Shown: piece after piece, positions 29,613 through 39,047 of the stretch
Layout of the letters: every line of letters starts with the position of its first letter
Numbering within the stretch: position 1 is the stretch's first letter
Source of the DNA: Candidatus Bathyarchaeota archaeon
Lineage (GTDB): Archaea; Thermoproteota; CALKCG01; B24
Assembly: GCA_021161255.1 (NCBI GenBank)
Contig: JAGHAZ010000025.1
Coordinates: 216 to 64,215 of the forward strand
DNA length: 64,000 bases
Direction of reading: 5' to 3'
The notes under the pieces: generated by a model
What the model was told of the DNA's origin: nothing
Database searches by the model: none
Seen by the model: only the letters and a program-made list of their open reading frames with translations
Program-made: the position numbers and the translations under genes

Positions 29613-30193
29613 GCTTATTCAAAAAAGTCAGTAGCTTGCTGAGGGAGATTAAGGATAAAAGCGACGTGGCCGCGTATTTGGCCTATTCGAGCCTTCTATA
29701 CGAGTCGAAGCCCATAGCCAGAGGAGCGCTAAGGCTCGAGGAGGAGGTCGACGAACTGAGGCTGAGGCTTCAGAAGATACTAGTAGAAGAGGGTGAAGAA
29801 CTTGGGACGGAATCTGCGATGGCTGTGATGCTTCTGACGGAGGCTATGGAGAGGATTACAGACCTAGCTAGGGATTTGGCGTTAAACGTCTTGAAAGGTG
29901 GTGAGGCTCATCCGGTCTTAGACTTAGCCGAAGAGGAAAGCGAAGAACAGGTTCTACTCGTCAGGGTAACAGAAGATTCTATATTCTCAGGCAGACGCAT
30001 AGGGGAGCTAGCGTTCGACGATAGGATCGGTGTCAGAGCCATAGCGGTAAAGCATAGAGGTGTCTGGATATACGATCCGGATGAAAGCCTTCGCCTCGAA
30101 AACGGAGACCTTCTACTACTTTCAGGATATAAAGCTGGAATAGAGGTCTTAGAAGAGGCTGAGGAAGAAGTCGAAGAGGTCGAGGAGACCTAG
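29609..30193 (+). CDS. PhoU-like plus TrkA-C (RCK_C) regulatory protein, paralogue with an acidic C-terminal tail
   Basis: 194 aa with the same two-domain layout (VTEDSIFSGRRIGEL..RAIAVKHRGVWIYDPD..DLLLLSG). ATGA overlap with the upstream paralogue. Glu-rich tail. Confidence 0.55.
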   Translation: MSLFKKVSSLLREIKDKSDVAAYLAYSSLLYESKPIARGALRLEEEVDELRLRLQKILVEEGEELGTESAMAVMLLTEAMERITDLARDLALNVLKGGEAHPVLDLAEEESEEQVLLVRVTEDSIFSGRRIGELAFDDRIGVRAIAVKHRGVWIYDPDESLRLENGDLLLLSGYKAGIEVLEEAEEEVEEVEET

Positions 30194-30194
30194 C

Positions 30195-31409
30195 TTAGAG
30201 CGTCATAAGTAGAGTTGCCATTATAATCGTCGTCAGAGAGTCGCTCAGCGTTGTCTCCAGCGGTATCACAAAGTTGTCTGGGTTCAACCCCCTCCTAAAC
30301 GTCTCAAGAGCAAGCATCCGCGAAACCATTAAGATGATAGGGGAGGATAACAAAAAGCACAACAAGACGACAACCGTTCCTTTAAATCCTCCAGTCAAAG
30401 CTATAAGCCCATAGACTAGATAGTACACTAGACACGATAGCCATATTTGAACAGTTTCGAACAGTTCTAAAGAACTCGGATTCAGTCTAGCTTCTGTAGA
30501 ACCTTCGGCGAGTCTAGTCGTGAAAATCGAGCCCATAGAAGAGCCGAAATCTCCTAGGGTATCTATGACTGCGGGATAAACGGTCACGACACTCGGGTAT
30601 TCGGCTAGTTTAGCCCTAACCTCTGATAGAGCAAGGCCAGATAACAATCCTATGCTCACCGAGAAAAGTAGAGCTACCGAAGCCTCCCTCACGGATACTA
30701 GGAACTCCTCATCTCCGAAATAGCGTCTCGCTAGAAGAAGAACCGCTATAGAGTACATCGCCGCTACGGACGTAAGTATGAGGGGGCCTGAAGGACTTAT
30801 AAAGAACAGCTTTAACGCTAGCATATACATAAGCGTCGTTACGATATCGGATACCGTGGACATCACAGGATACACGAGAACGTCTGGGTCCAAGCTTCGT
30901 TCGAAAGCTGCAAACCCCAAGAGGCACGTAAGAGGCATAGTTACGATTATCGATAATGCCTGGGTGGCTAATGCGGTCGAGATAATCGCGTATGAGAAAG
31001 ACTCAGCACCTTCTAGAACTATTTGAGCCACTGCGACCACGAGACCGGAGACGAAGGCGAGTATTAGCGTCAGAAACTGCATAGCCGAGAAGATCAGTTT
31101 GAAGTAGTGAGTACTTCCTCGAAACCTCGGCTCTATGAGACCTAGATGTAAACCCGTCGATAGCCTTCCTGAGAACACTCCCCCGATATTACCTCTTAAC
31201 GAGAGCGCAAGCGGATAAAGCATTATGGTCCATGATGCTTTAAGAACCATCGGAAGCTGAGAAGCCACTATAAGCCCTGCTACCAATCCTCCAAGGTCCG
31301 TCGAAAACGCGAGAAGAGCTTCTTTGAACCTTCTAAAATCCTCTTCTTCGACTAAAGACGAAAACGTCTCTGCTAGACGAGTCAAACGGGCTAAGAGCCT
31401 GTTAAGCAT
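30195..31409 (-). CDS. MgtE/SLC41-like divalent-cation transporter membrane protein with a duplicated TM domain
   Basis: 404-aa polytopic protein with internal duplication. GN-containing motif (RGNIGGVFSGRLSTGL) resembles the MgtE TM domain. No CBS or N domain. Adjacent to the PhoU/RCK_C genes. Confidence 0.4.
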   Translation of the reverse strand: MLNRLLARLTRLAETFSSLVEEEDFRRFKEALLAFSTDLGGLVAGLIVASQLPMVLKASWTIMLYPLALSLRGNIGGVFSGRLSTGLHLGLIEPRFRGSTHYFKLIFSAMQFLTLILAFVSGLVVAVAQIVLEGAESFSYAIISTALATQALSIIVTMPLTCLLGFAAFERSLDPDVLVYPVMSTVSDIVTTLMYMLALKLFFISPSGPLILTSVAAMYSIAVLLLARRYFGDEEFLVSVREASVALLFSVSIGLLSGLALSEVRAKLAEYPSVVTVYPAVIDTLGDFGSSMGSIFTTRLAEGSTEARLNPSSLELFETVQIWLSCLVYYLVYGLIALTGGFKGTVVVLLCFLLSSPIILMVSRMLALETFRRGLNPDNFVIPLETTLSDSLTTIIMATLLMTL

Positions 31410-31587
31410 CGACTCCCCATATCCTAGACGCCTCTAACCTTAGATACCGTCCCCACTTTTAAGAGTTTTCAGATAAGCCATATAACTCTCCATTAGAGCA
31501 ACAAACTAACTCGAAAGGCTCTAAAATAAAAATAAGGGAAAACCCATCTTTTGCACGCGAATGCAAATGAGGCTTTTATTCAAAATG

Positions 31588-31625
31588 TTCAAATCGATGA
31601 GTTGAGCAGATATTCAAATCGATGA
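31588..31625. repeat. Two 13-bp perfect direct repeats TTCAAATCGATGA in the tldD 5' region. The second copy contains the tldD ATG.
   Basis: Copies at 31588-31600 and 31613-31625. Upstream, TTTGCA-N6-TGCAAA inverted repeat at 31550-31567. Confidence 0.4.
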
Positions 31626-33001
31626 TCGACTTGTTGAAGGAAGTGGTGGATAGAGGACTGCGACTAGGGGCCGATTATGTCGATATTAGGTTGGAGTCAT
31701 ATGAAGGGGTTGCTATTAGAATTCGTAAAGGTGTTTTAGACGCTGCGGCCACGTCCATAACGGAGGGGGTAGGAGTTAGGGTTTTGGCCGATGGCTCATG
31801 GGGTTTCAGCTTTACCGAGAAGATAAGCCGAGATAGTTTATATAAGGCCGTGGAGAACGCCGTGAAGATGGCTAAGGCCTCAGCTCTCGCTAAGACTAAA
31901 CCTGTCAAACTTGCCGAGGTTAAAACGGTGAGAGATAGATGTACCGCGGAGGTTAAGGAAAGCCCTATAGATGTGCCGACTGAGGAGAAGGTTAGACTCG
32001 CGTTTGAGGTTGACCGGTTTCTCAGAGCCTATAGAGGGATCAGAGAGGATACCGTGCATTATGGAGACAGCGTTTTCAGAAAAATCTTCGTCAATAGTGA
32101 AGGCAGTGAGATCACGATAGAGGGGTGTAGAGTTTCTCTCGGGATATATGCGGTAGGAGGTAGCCCTACGTCTCCTTCGTCGGCGCACGAACTCATAGGC
32201 GGTGTGGGAGGATATGAACTCGTTAAAGGCGATATCTCCCTTAAGACGGCCGAGACGGTCGCTGAGCGTGTTATAAGACTCGCAGAAGCAGGTATTCCTA
32301 GAGGAGGAGCCTACACTGTCGTACTCGATAACGAGCTTTTGGGACTGATAGTTCACGAGGCCTTCGGACACACGGCTGAGGCGGATATGGTTATATCCGG
32401 CTCTATTTTGACAGGCAAACTCGGCGAGACTGTAGCTTCTGAGCTTGTAACGATCGTAGACGACCCTGGACCTATCCATGCTAACGGCTGGACTCCCTAC
32501 GACGACGAGGGGGTTAAAGCTCGTAAAGTAGTCATAGTCGACAAAGGAGTTTTAAGAGAGTATATGCATAACAGAGAGACCGCGGCTCTGATGAACGCCG
32601 AACCAGCTGGAAACGCCAGAGCCCAAAGCTACGGTTTTCCACCGTTGATACGTATGAGAAACACCTATATGGAGCCTGGGGACTGGAGCCCCGAGGAGAT
32701 CATAGAGGATACTAGGGAGGGCTTCTATCTTAAAGGTGGAGTCGGAGGGCAAGCGGACTCCAACGGAGAGTTCATGTTTAGCGTTCAAGAAGCTTGGCGT
32801 ATAGAGAACGGAGAGCTTAAGGAGCCTTACAGAGGCGTAACGGTCTCCGGGAACGCCGTGGATGTTTTGAAGAGCATAGACGCGGTAGGTAGGGATTTAA
32901 AGATCTCGTCACCCGGTACATGCGGTAAGGGACAGCTGGTCCCGGTAGATGGTGGAGGACCGCATATAAGATGTAAGTTGATAGTGGGTGGTATGAGATG
33001 A
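31622..33001 (+). CDS. tldD: Zn-dependent peptidase TldD
   Basis: 459 aa. HEAFGH zinc motif and a Gly-rich C-terminal segment. Followed by the pmbA paralogue with a 4-nt overlap. Confidence 0.85.
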   Translation: MIDLLKEVVDRGLRLGADYVDIRLESYEGVAIRIRKGVLDAAATSITEGVGVRVLADGSWGFSFTEKISRDSLYKAVENAVKMAKASALAKTKPVKLAEVKTVRDRCTAEVKESPIDVPTEEKVRLAFEVDRFLRAYRGIREDTVHYGDSVFRKIFVNSEGSEITIEGCRVSLGIYAVGGSPTSPSSAHELIGGVGGYELVKGDISLKTAETVAERVIRLAEAGIPRGGAYTVVLDNELLGLIVHEAFGHTAEADMVISGSILTGKLGETVASELVTIVDDPGPIHANGWTPYDDEGVKARKVVIVDKGVLREYMHNRETAALMNAEPAGNARAQSYGFPPLIRMRNTYMEPGDWSPEEIIEDTREGFYLKGGVGGQADSNGEFMFSVQEAWRIENGELKEPYRGVTVSGNAVDVLKSIDAVGRDLKISSPGTCGKGQLVPVDGGGPHIRCKLIVGGMR

Positions 33002-34317
33002 GCTTGAGCGAGCTTGCGGTTAAGTATGCGTTAAGGCTTGGGGCTTCAGAGGCGCATAGCGTAGAGTCGGAGGGAGAGGTAATCAGGGTTGAAGTCGAGA
33101 GAGATACTATATCTAGCGTATCGTATGGAAGAAGCTCTTCGCTGAGTTTAGCCGTCATAACCGGTAACCGTATAGGGTTCTCCTCTATGAAAAATCCGAC
33201 CGAGGAGTCTATCAAACTTCTAGCCGAAAGAGGCTATGAGCTTGCTAAAGCCCTTAAGCCGAATCCGTACTGGAAAGGACTCCCAAAGCCTAAGCCATAT
33301 CCCCACGTCGAGGGTTTATACGACCGAAAGATCTCAGAGCTGGGCGTCGAAGAAGCTGTGGAACTCATGAAGACCGCGGTATCTATAGTTAAAGACCGAG
33401 ATAGTAGGGTATCTGTTGTAAACGGCACTTTGTCGGTAAGCTCTTCCAATAGGACGATAGCGAACAGCGAAGGGATATATTGCGAGGAGCGGTTTACGAC
33501 GATGTACTGCGGCTTACTCACCGTGGCTAAGGAAGGGGGAGAGGTCGGAAGCTTCGCATACGAAGACCATTCCTCTCGAAGAATGGACCTTGATATAGAA
33601 AACCTAGCGATTAAAGCCGCCGAGAAAGCTTTGGCCTCCTTGAGACCGAAAACGCTGAAGAGTTTTAAAGGAACGGTTATATTCGACCCTGACGTCTCGA
33701 GGATGCTATTCTCAGCCCTGTCGGCTGCCTATAACGGTTTAAACATCTGGCGAGGGATAAGTCCTTTAAAAGGTAGACTAGGTGAAAAGATAGCCACCGA
33801 GCAGCTGACGATAGTCGACGATGGTGTTAGGCCTTGGGGATTAGCATCTTCGAAGGCCGACGGTGAAGGCTCTCCGAGGAGAACCACAGTCGTCATCGAA
33901 GATGGAATCCTTAAAGCATTTATAAACAACACGTTCACCGCTAGACTCTTAAACATGGAGGAGACGGGTAACGCGGCTGGACTCTTAGACGTGGCACCTT
34001 CGAATACTGTGGTTAAACCCGGTGATTACGATGTCGAGGAGATGGTCTGTGAAACCGATGTGGGATTATACGTCGGGAGGCTCTCGGGGCATATAAGGTT
34101 TGAAGACGGTTTGATCTCGGGAACCGCTAAACAGGCGTTTCTGATAAAGAACGGTGAAAGACGTTATCCAGTTACGGAATGTATGATATCTGGGAACCTT
34201 TACGACATTCTTAAGAACATAACAGGGCTAAGCCGTGAAGTAGAGGTTAAATGGAGCACCATAGTTCCAACCGTTATGGTGGAGAACGTCTCGATAATCG
34301 GTGGAGGAAAACCTTAA
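32998..34317 (+). CDS. pmbA: TldE/PmbA peptidase-family protein (partner of TldD)
   Basis: 439-aa TldD paralogue lacking the HExxxH motif. ATGA overlap with tldD. Confidence 0.8.
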   Translation: MSLSELAVKYALRLGASEAHSVESEGEVIRVEVERDTISSVSYGRSSSLSLAVITGNRIGFSSMKNPTEESIKLLAERGYELAKALKPNPYWKGLPKPKPYPHVEGLYDRKISELGVEEAVELMKTAVSIVKDRDSRVSVVNGTLSVSSSNRTIANSEGIYCEERFTTMYCGLLTVAKEGGEVGSFAYEDHSSRRMDLDIENLAIKAAEKALASLRPKTLKSFKGTVIFDPDVSRMLFSALSAAYNGLNIWRGISPLKGRLGEKIATEQLTIVDDGVRPWGLASSKADGEGSPRRTTVVIEDGILKAFINNTFTARLLNMEETGNAAGLLDVAPSNTVVKPGDYDVEEMVCETDVGLYVGRLSGHIRFEDGLISGTAKQAFLIKNGERRYPVTECMISGNLYDILKNITGLSREVEVKWSTIVPTVMVENVSIIGGGKP

Positions 34318-34456
34318 ACCAGACGTATTGATTTAGACCATATGGCCGATGAAGAAAGTCACCTAAGAACGACCCTTAGGTGGATGAGTTTATCCTGGGG
34401 TATCTGAGGCTGGTCTATATTTATTAAATACATGTTCAGAGTTTTACATGTAGAAA

Positions 34457-34470
34457 TATACATATGTATA
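34457..34470. promoter_or_regulatory. 14-bp perfect palindrome TATACATATGTATA, flanked by ACATGT repeats, upstream of the V4R-domain gene
   Basis: Read directly. TATACATATGTATA is its own reverse complement. TACATGT also occurs at 34428-34434 and 34445-34451. Confidence 0.3.
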
Positions 34471-34530
34471 AATACCGTTGGCAAGCAAATATATGCCGTT
34501 ATTTCATGATCACCTTAGGAGGATTAAAGA

Positions 34531-35340
34531 TTGGAGTTTAGACCCTGGTCTTCCGGAAGGATCATACATATGCCTAATAGAAGACTGGGTGGCTGTGTGA
34601 TAACCTTTAAGCCAGAGGCCCTGAGATCTATAGGCGTTTTAGAGCAGATAACGGATAAAGTGGCTTCGAAGGAAGCACCGATCCTCCTTCTTAAAACAAG
34701 CATCGGCTTGGAAGACATCGCCGAGGCTCTTATAATACTCGATCTGACTGGCTTAAACATAAGTATAGAGGAGATTGCATCAGAGATCGAGAGCATTCCC
34801 TTAGTCGACCACGTTGAGATATTGAAGCCGGTGACCGATGGGGTGATAATCGATTACGTGCACTTTCCGCCGATGATCATGGGTAATAGAGCTATACTTA
34901 TGAGGAAGATACTCTTCGAAGCCTTAGTTAAGCGGGGTTATGACCAGTTTGGCCCCATATACTCGGTCATGCTGTACCATATAGGGTTCCACATAGGTGT
35001 CGAAAGTTTTAGAGAGCATATTGAGGTCGTTAACGGGAATAAAGAACAGGCGTTAAAGCTTGCTGAAGCGATGTTTAAACATGCTGGGTTTGGTGTTTTA
35101 GAAACCGATTTATCCATCGAAAAGGGGTTAGGAAAGATCAGGGTATATGGTTCTTTAGAATGCGAAGTGTTTAAAGAGGCGAACAAGCCGTCGAGCCACT
35201 TTATACGGGGGATCATAGCCGGCTGGGTGGCGGCGTTAGCCGGTGAGAAACGTGAGGTCGAGGAGATTAAATGTATAGCCGCTGGAGCCCCTTACTGCGA
35301 GTTCCATATAAAGGAGGCAGGTGTGGAGAAAACGTTGTAA
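34531..35340 (+). CDS. V4R (4-vinyl reductase) domain protein with an N-terminal uncharacterised domain
   Basis: C-terminal HFIRGIIAGWVAAL...CIAAGAPYCEF matches the V4R small-molecule-binding domain with conserved Cys. 269 aa. Confidence 0.5.
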   Translation: MEFRPWSSGRIIHMPNRRLGGCVITFKPEALRSIGVLEQITDKVASKEAPILLLKTSIGLEDIAEALIILDLTGLNISIEEIASEIESIPLVDHVEILKPVTDGVIIDYVHFPPMIMGNRAILMRKILFEALVKRGYDQFGPIYSVMLYHIGFHIGVESFREHIEVVNGNKEQALKLAEAMFKHAGFGVLETDLSIEKGLGKIRVYGSLECEVFKEANKPSSHFIRGIIAGWVAALAGEKREVEEIKCIAAGAPYCEFHIKEAGVEKTL

Positions 35341-35390
35341 AAACCCCAATAGTTTAAATGACACCGGTCTAATCTAGTTTCTGGAGCTAG

Positions 35391-37169
35391 ATGAGTAGAT
35401 CGGTTCAGAGACTGCTTAAACCCATTTTGAGCATAAGCTTCTCGCTAACTTTGGTTTTGTCGATTCTTAGTTTTACTGTTCAGACGCCTAGGAGGTTTTC
35501 TAACCCTCCAACCGTCGGAGATATAGGGTTCTGGAACATAAGCAGAGCCGTCGAAGAGCCTTTAGACATAAAGTTCTACGATGAGGAGACTAGAAAGGGT
35601 TATGATCATCTGGTAAAGGTTAGATGGCTAACATATGTGAGCGAATACTATGGAGGAGCTGAGGTTAGGATAAACGGGTTTATAGCCCAGCCGGCAGATC
35701 AAACGAAGCCTCTACCGGCTATTCTGATGCTTCACGGAACAAACGGTTCGTCAAGAGGATTTTTAGACCAAGCTGTATACATCGCCTCAAGGGGATATGT
35801 CGTCATGGCTATAGATGCACCGGGATGCGGAGAATCCTCTAAAGAGCCTGCTTGCACGGTTTGGAACATAGTCAACGTATCTGGTGGCCCTAAGGGTGCA
35901 TACTACTATCACGCTGCTTGGTCGGCTTTAAGGGCGGTAACCGTTTTAACGAGCCTACCGGAGGTCGACCCCGACCGGATCGTGGTGGCCGGTGCCTCCA
36001 TGGGCGGATTGGAAACATATATGGTAGCGGCCGTCGACCCTAGGGTTAAGGCTGCGATACCTATAGTGGCCTCTGGAAACTACAGAGACCTCGTGATGGC
36101 AGGTAGCTTGGCGAACCTCATGGCTCCGGAGGAATTAGACATAAACTCGGAGGAGGCCGAGTTGTTATTAAAGTTTCTAGATGTCTACTTTTACGCGGCT
36201 GAGCTTGATAAGCCTGTATTCATGCTCGTCTCCACGAACGATGAGTTCTTCACCCTACACGCTATAAACGACACGTTCAACGTGATACCATATCCCGGTA
36301 AGCTCATGAACCTAGCTCCGAACTGGGGGCATTTCGAAGCTTACGATGGATGGATAGCCGCCGCGACGCTGTGGCTTGATAGCTTATTCAAAGGCGGAGA
36401 CCCCATACCTGTGCCGAAGGTAAGCTATAGGATTGTGAATTGGAAGCTCGAAGTCGAGGCGAATTATGCGGAGGGGTATACGGCTTCTATCGTCTGGAAA
36501 AGCGGATTTCCCGGGAGTATGTGGGTTAGAAAGCCCATGAGGCTTGAAGATGGAAGATGGGTCGGTGAGGTGGAGCCTGTCCTACCGTCTAAGGTATTCT
36601 TCTACGTCGCTTTCGAACGTGAAGGGGTTCAGATATGTACGAGTCCGGTCTACGAAACCCGTTTAACCTCTCTCCATCTACCGCTTTTACTCCTGGTAGT
36701 GACTGCTATAAGTGTAGTCTACCATAGACGTAGACTATTCGAAGCCGTGGATAGGGAACATATTGTGGGCTTATCTGGATGGTTGCTGGCAGCTCTAGGA
36801 TTCTTGGGAAGCTACATAGTGATCCCAGATAGGACGGAAGTGATGCTTTGGGACCTCCTTGAACGCTATGGGTTAACCGTAGGATTGAATCCATGGCTTA
36901 CCGGAACGCTGGTCGTTCTTCTAGCTCTACACTTAACCCTTGCGCTCCTAAAGCCTAGACTATGCATCATACCAGCTTCCATAAGCTTCATAGCGCTCTT
37001 ATCTATACTAGGAGTGATACAGAACCTTGTTTTCAAACGTCTAACCGTGACGCTGGGGTATGGGGTATATCTTCTTTTAACAGCGGTAATAGTCCACGCG
37101 GCTCATCTAGGCTTTGAAGCCTTACTTAGTAAGCTCAAACGTAAGAGAGTTAACGTCATCAAGCGGTAG
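35391..37169 (+). CDS. Secreted alpha/beta-hydrolase (dienelactone hydrolase/acetyl-xylan-esterase-like) with a C-terminal multi-TM anchor domain
   Basis: Signal peptide or N-terminal TM helix. Nucleophile elbow GASMGG (GxSxG). HG oxyanion motif (LMLHGTNGS). The last about 170 aa contain at least 4 hydrophobic helices. Confidence 0.5.
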   Translation: MSRSVQRLLKPILSISFSLTLVLSILSFTVQTPRRFSNPPTVGDIGFWNISRAVEEPLDIKFYDEETRKGYDHLVKVRWLTYVSEYYGGAEVRINGFIAQPADQTKPLPAILMLHGTNGSSRGFLDQAVYIASRGYVVMAIDAPGCGESSKEPACTVWNIVNVSGGPKGAYYYHAAWSALRAVTVLTSLPEVDPDRIVVAGASMGGLETYMVAAVDPRVKAAIPIVASGNYRDLVMAGSLANLMAPEELDINSEEAELLLKFLDVYFYAAELDKPVFMLVSTNDEFFTLHAINDTFNVIPYPGKLMNLAPNWGHFEAYDGWIAAATLWLDSLFKGGDPIPVPKVSYRIVNWKLEVEANYAEGYTASIVWKSGFPGSMWVRKPMRLEDGRWVGEVEPVLPSKVFFYVAFEREGVQICTSPVYETRLTSLHLPLLLLVVTAISVVYHRRRLFEAVDREHIVGLSGWLLAALGFLGSYIVIPDRTEVMLWDLLERYGLTVGLNPWLTGTLVVLLALHLTLALLKPRLCIIPASISFIALLSILGVIQNLVFKRLTVTLGYGVYLLLTAVIVHAAHLGFEALLSKLKRKRVNVIKR

Positions 37170-37818
37170 TTGGGCGGTGTGTTCTTCTGAATAATCCTGG
37201 ATGAAGTCTCACTATGGTCTTCACTATCAGATAGGGTAATAGCACAGATAGGATCGAGTGTATGACGTTGAATACCGCCGTCAGTGTAAGGGCCGTGATC
37301 AGCGCATTCGCCGGGGTACCCGCGTTTAACCCCGCAGCCTTCAGCATCATCGAAGCCAAGTCTAGAAACTCTGGGAAAAGTACGACAAGCACCAAGTAGT
37401 TAAAGACGGACATCACTATGACCCTTGCGATCGTTCCTAAAACCATAGAAACCGATAGAGTTTTGACGCTGGCCATATAGCTCTTGTTCTTTCCACATAG
37501 TCTGCGGCCAGCTTCCATACCCAATATGAGAGAGGCTAAAGCAGCGAACTTCATAGCCGGGCCTAAAGGAGTGAACTCACCTATCGGAGTGAGGACAAGC
37601 CAGTATACTATGGCGCTCGCCATGCCTGGTTTGAATCCCATGGCTAGATAAGCAACCATGCAGGGAATCTCCGCTATTTCAAACTTCAAGTAGGTTAAAA
37701 CCGGAAAAGGGAAAGTAGTGAAGCCTTTTAGAAGAGTCAGGAGAACCGACAATGCGCCGAATACTATTGTGAACGCTATCTCTAAACTAGACGACCGCCC
37801 AACCATCTTTTTCACCAC
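37159..37818 (-). CDS. Small polytopic membrane protein, ECF-transporter S-component-like
   Basis: 219 aa with about 6 TM helices. Size and topology resemble ECF substrate-capture components. No soluble domain. Confidence 0.35.
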   Translation of the reverse strand: MVKKMVGRSSSLEIAFTIVFGALSVLLTLLKGFTTFPFPVLTYLKFEIAEIPCMVAYLAMGFKPGMASAIVYWLVLTPIGEFTPLGPAMKFAALASLILGMEAGRRLCGKNKSYMASVKTLSVSMVLGTIARVIVMSVFNYLVLVVLFPEFLDLASMMLKAAGLNAGTPANALITALTLTAVFNVIHSILSVLLPYLIVKTIVRLHPGLFRRTHRPTTA

Positions 37819-37951
37819 TCTCCCCTTTAGAAGGGGGGACCCCGTAATTAAGTTTTACCCAAAAAACTATTTTTACTCAAATTTGAGTAAAGATCCTTTG
37901 AGAGAAAGTTAATTAGGTAACGTGTTGCCACTCTTCTATCGGTGCTCCAGT

Positions 37952-38710
37952 ATGCGCATGGTTCTTCTGGGAAATACAGGGCTTGAGGTTTCTCGGCTAT
38001 GTATAGGTACAGATTACTCAGAGGTTTACGGCTCTCCGGAGGGGGAGGGGGTTCAAATATTTTTAGAAGGGTTTAAACAGGGAGTAAACTTTTGGGATAC
38101 AGCTGAGAGCTACGGTTCCTATCCGGCTATGCAGGCCGCCCTCAAACAGATAGATAGAGAAAAGATCGTCATAACGGGTAAAAGCTATGGAGCAAGTAGA
38201 CGCGAGGTCGAAAGAGACCTCGAAGATGCTTTACGAGAGATCGGGACGACTTACGCGGATATCTTCATGCTCCATGCAGTCGACAGTATGGAAGAGTTCA
38301 GGAGGAGACGTGACGCCTTAGATTTTCTGCTCGAGATGAAGGAAAAGGGTATCGTGAAAGCCGTAGGTGTTTCAACTCATTCAGCCCGGGTCGCATGGTC
38401 CATGGCTGAAGTACCTGAGATAGACGTCGTCTTAACGGTTTTGAATATCAAGGGACTTAGACTCACCGATGGAGACTTAGACCTTGCGAAATCGGCTGTT
38501 AAAAGACTCTATGAGGCTGGTAAAGGAGTGTACTTGATGAAGGTTCTGGCTAGAGGTAGGCTCGCGGATATGTACGAGGAGGCTCTCAGGTATGTTTTTA
38601 GGATACCGTATGTGCACTCGATATCTGTTGGGATAAAGAGCCTAAACGAGCTTAGAGAAGCTGTCCGTATAGCCAACGAGGCTACACCTGAGCTGAATAA
38701 TCGTCGGTAA
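37952..38710 (+). CDS. Aldo/keto reductase family oxidoreductase
   Basis: N-terminal LGNTGLEVSRLCIGT matches the AKR start (LG.TGL.VS.IGLGT). 250-aa length. The ORF track starts 30 nt earlier (37922). Confidence 0.65.
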   Translation: MRMVLLGNTGLEVSRLCIGTDYSEVYGSPEGEGVQIFLEGFKQGVNFWDTAESYGSYPAMQAALKQIDREKIVITGKSYGASRREVERDLEDALREIGTTYADIFMLHAVDSMEEFRRRRDALDFLLEMKEKGIVKAVGVSTHSARVAWSMAEVPEIDVVLTVLNIKGLRLTDGDLDLAKSAVKRLYEAGKGVYLMKVLARGRLADMYEEALRYVFRIPYVHSISVGIKSLNELREAVRIANEATPELNNRR

Positions 38711-38727
38711 GTCGGGGTCTCGTCTCT

Positions 38728-38994
38728 ATGACGGCTAAGTATTTGCTACGGGTATGTATGCCGGCGAGAGATTGGCCTAGAGTAACAGACGTGTTAGCTA
38801 GTATAGAGAATGCCCAAACCCTAAGCCACACCGTAAACATATGTTTTCCAGAGAGGCCTGACTTGGCCGTCGTAGAAACCGTTATGATCCTTGAATGCGA
38901 GCCTAGATATGCCTTAGAAGTAAGAAAGAAACTCTCTAGAAGAACTAGAGGTACCATAGGGTTCTACGCGATCTACCGAATCAGGAAACCGTAG
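38728..38994 (+). CDS. Hypothetical small protein (88 aa)
   Basis: Gene-like ORF between the AKR and dph5 genes, without a recognisable motif. An antisense ORF of similar size also exists, so coding status is uncertain. Confidence 0.3.
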   Translation: MTAKYLLRVCMPARDWPRVTDVLASIENAQTLSHTVNICFPERPDLAVVETVMILECEPRYALEVRKKLSRRTRGTIGFYAIYRIRKP

Positions 38995-39047
38995 AGAACT
39001 CTACGAACCATCGTCGCAACCCTAGGGGTAAAAGGATAAAGAGGTGT

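Noticed and set aside
31597-31605. Mini-ORF ATG AGT TGA inside the first copy of the TTCAAATCGATGA repeat
   Set aside because: At two codons it is almost certainly a coincidence of the repeat containing ATGA. It is noted only in relation to the repeat and the tldD start.
31880-32479. 199-aa minus-strand ORF inside tldD (and many similar antisense ORFs of 60-130 aa across the window, e.g. 308-595, 3527-3919, 9844-10140, 18776-19117, 27659-28015, 54209-54610)
   Set aside because: These lie fully within well-supported protein-coding genes on the opposite strand. Their composition is low-complexity and Ser/Pro/Arg-rich with no motifs, typical of shadow ORFs in 50% GC DNA.
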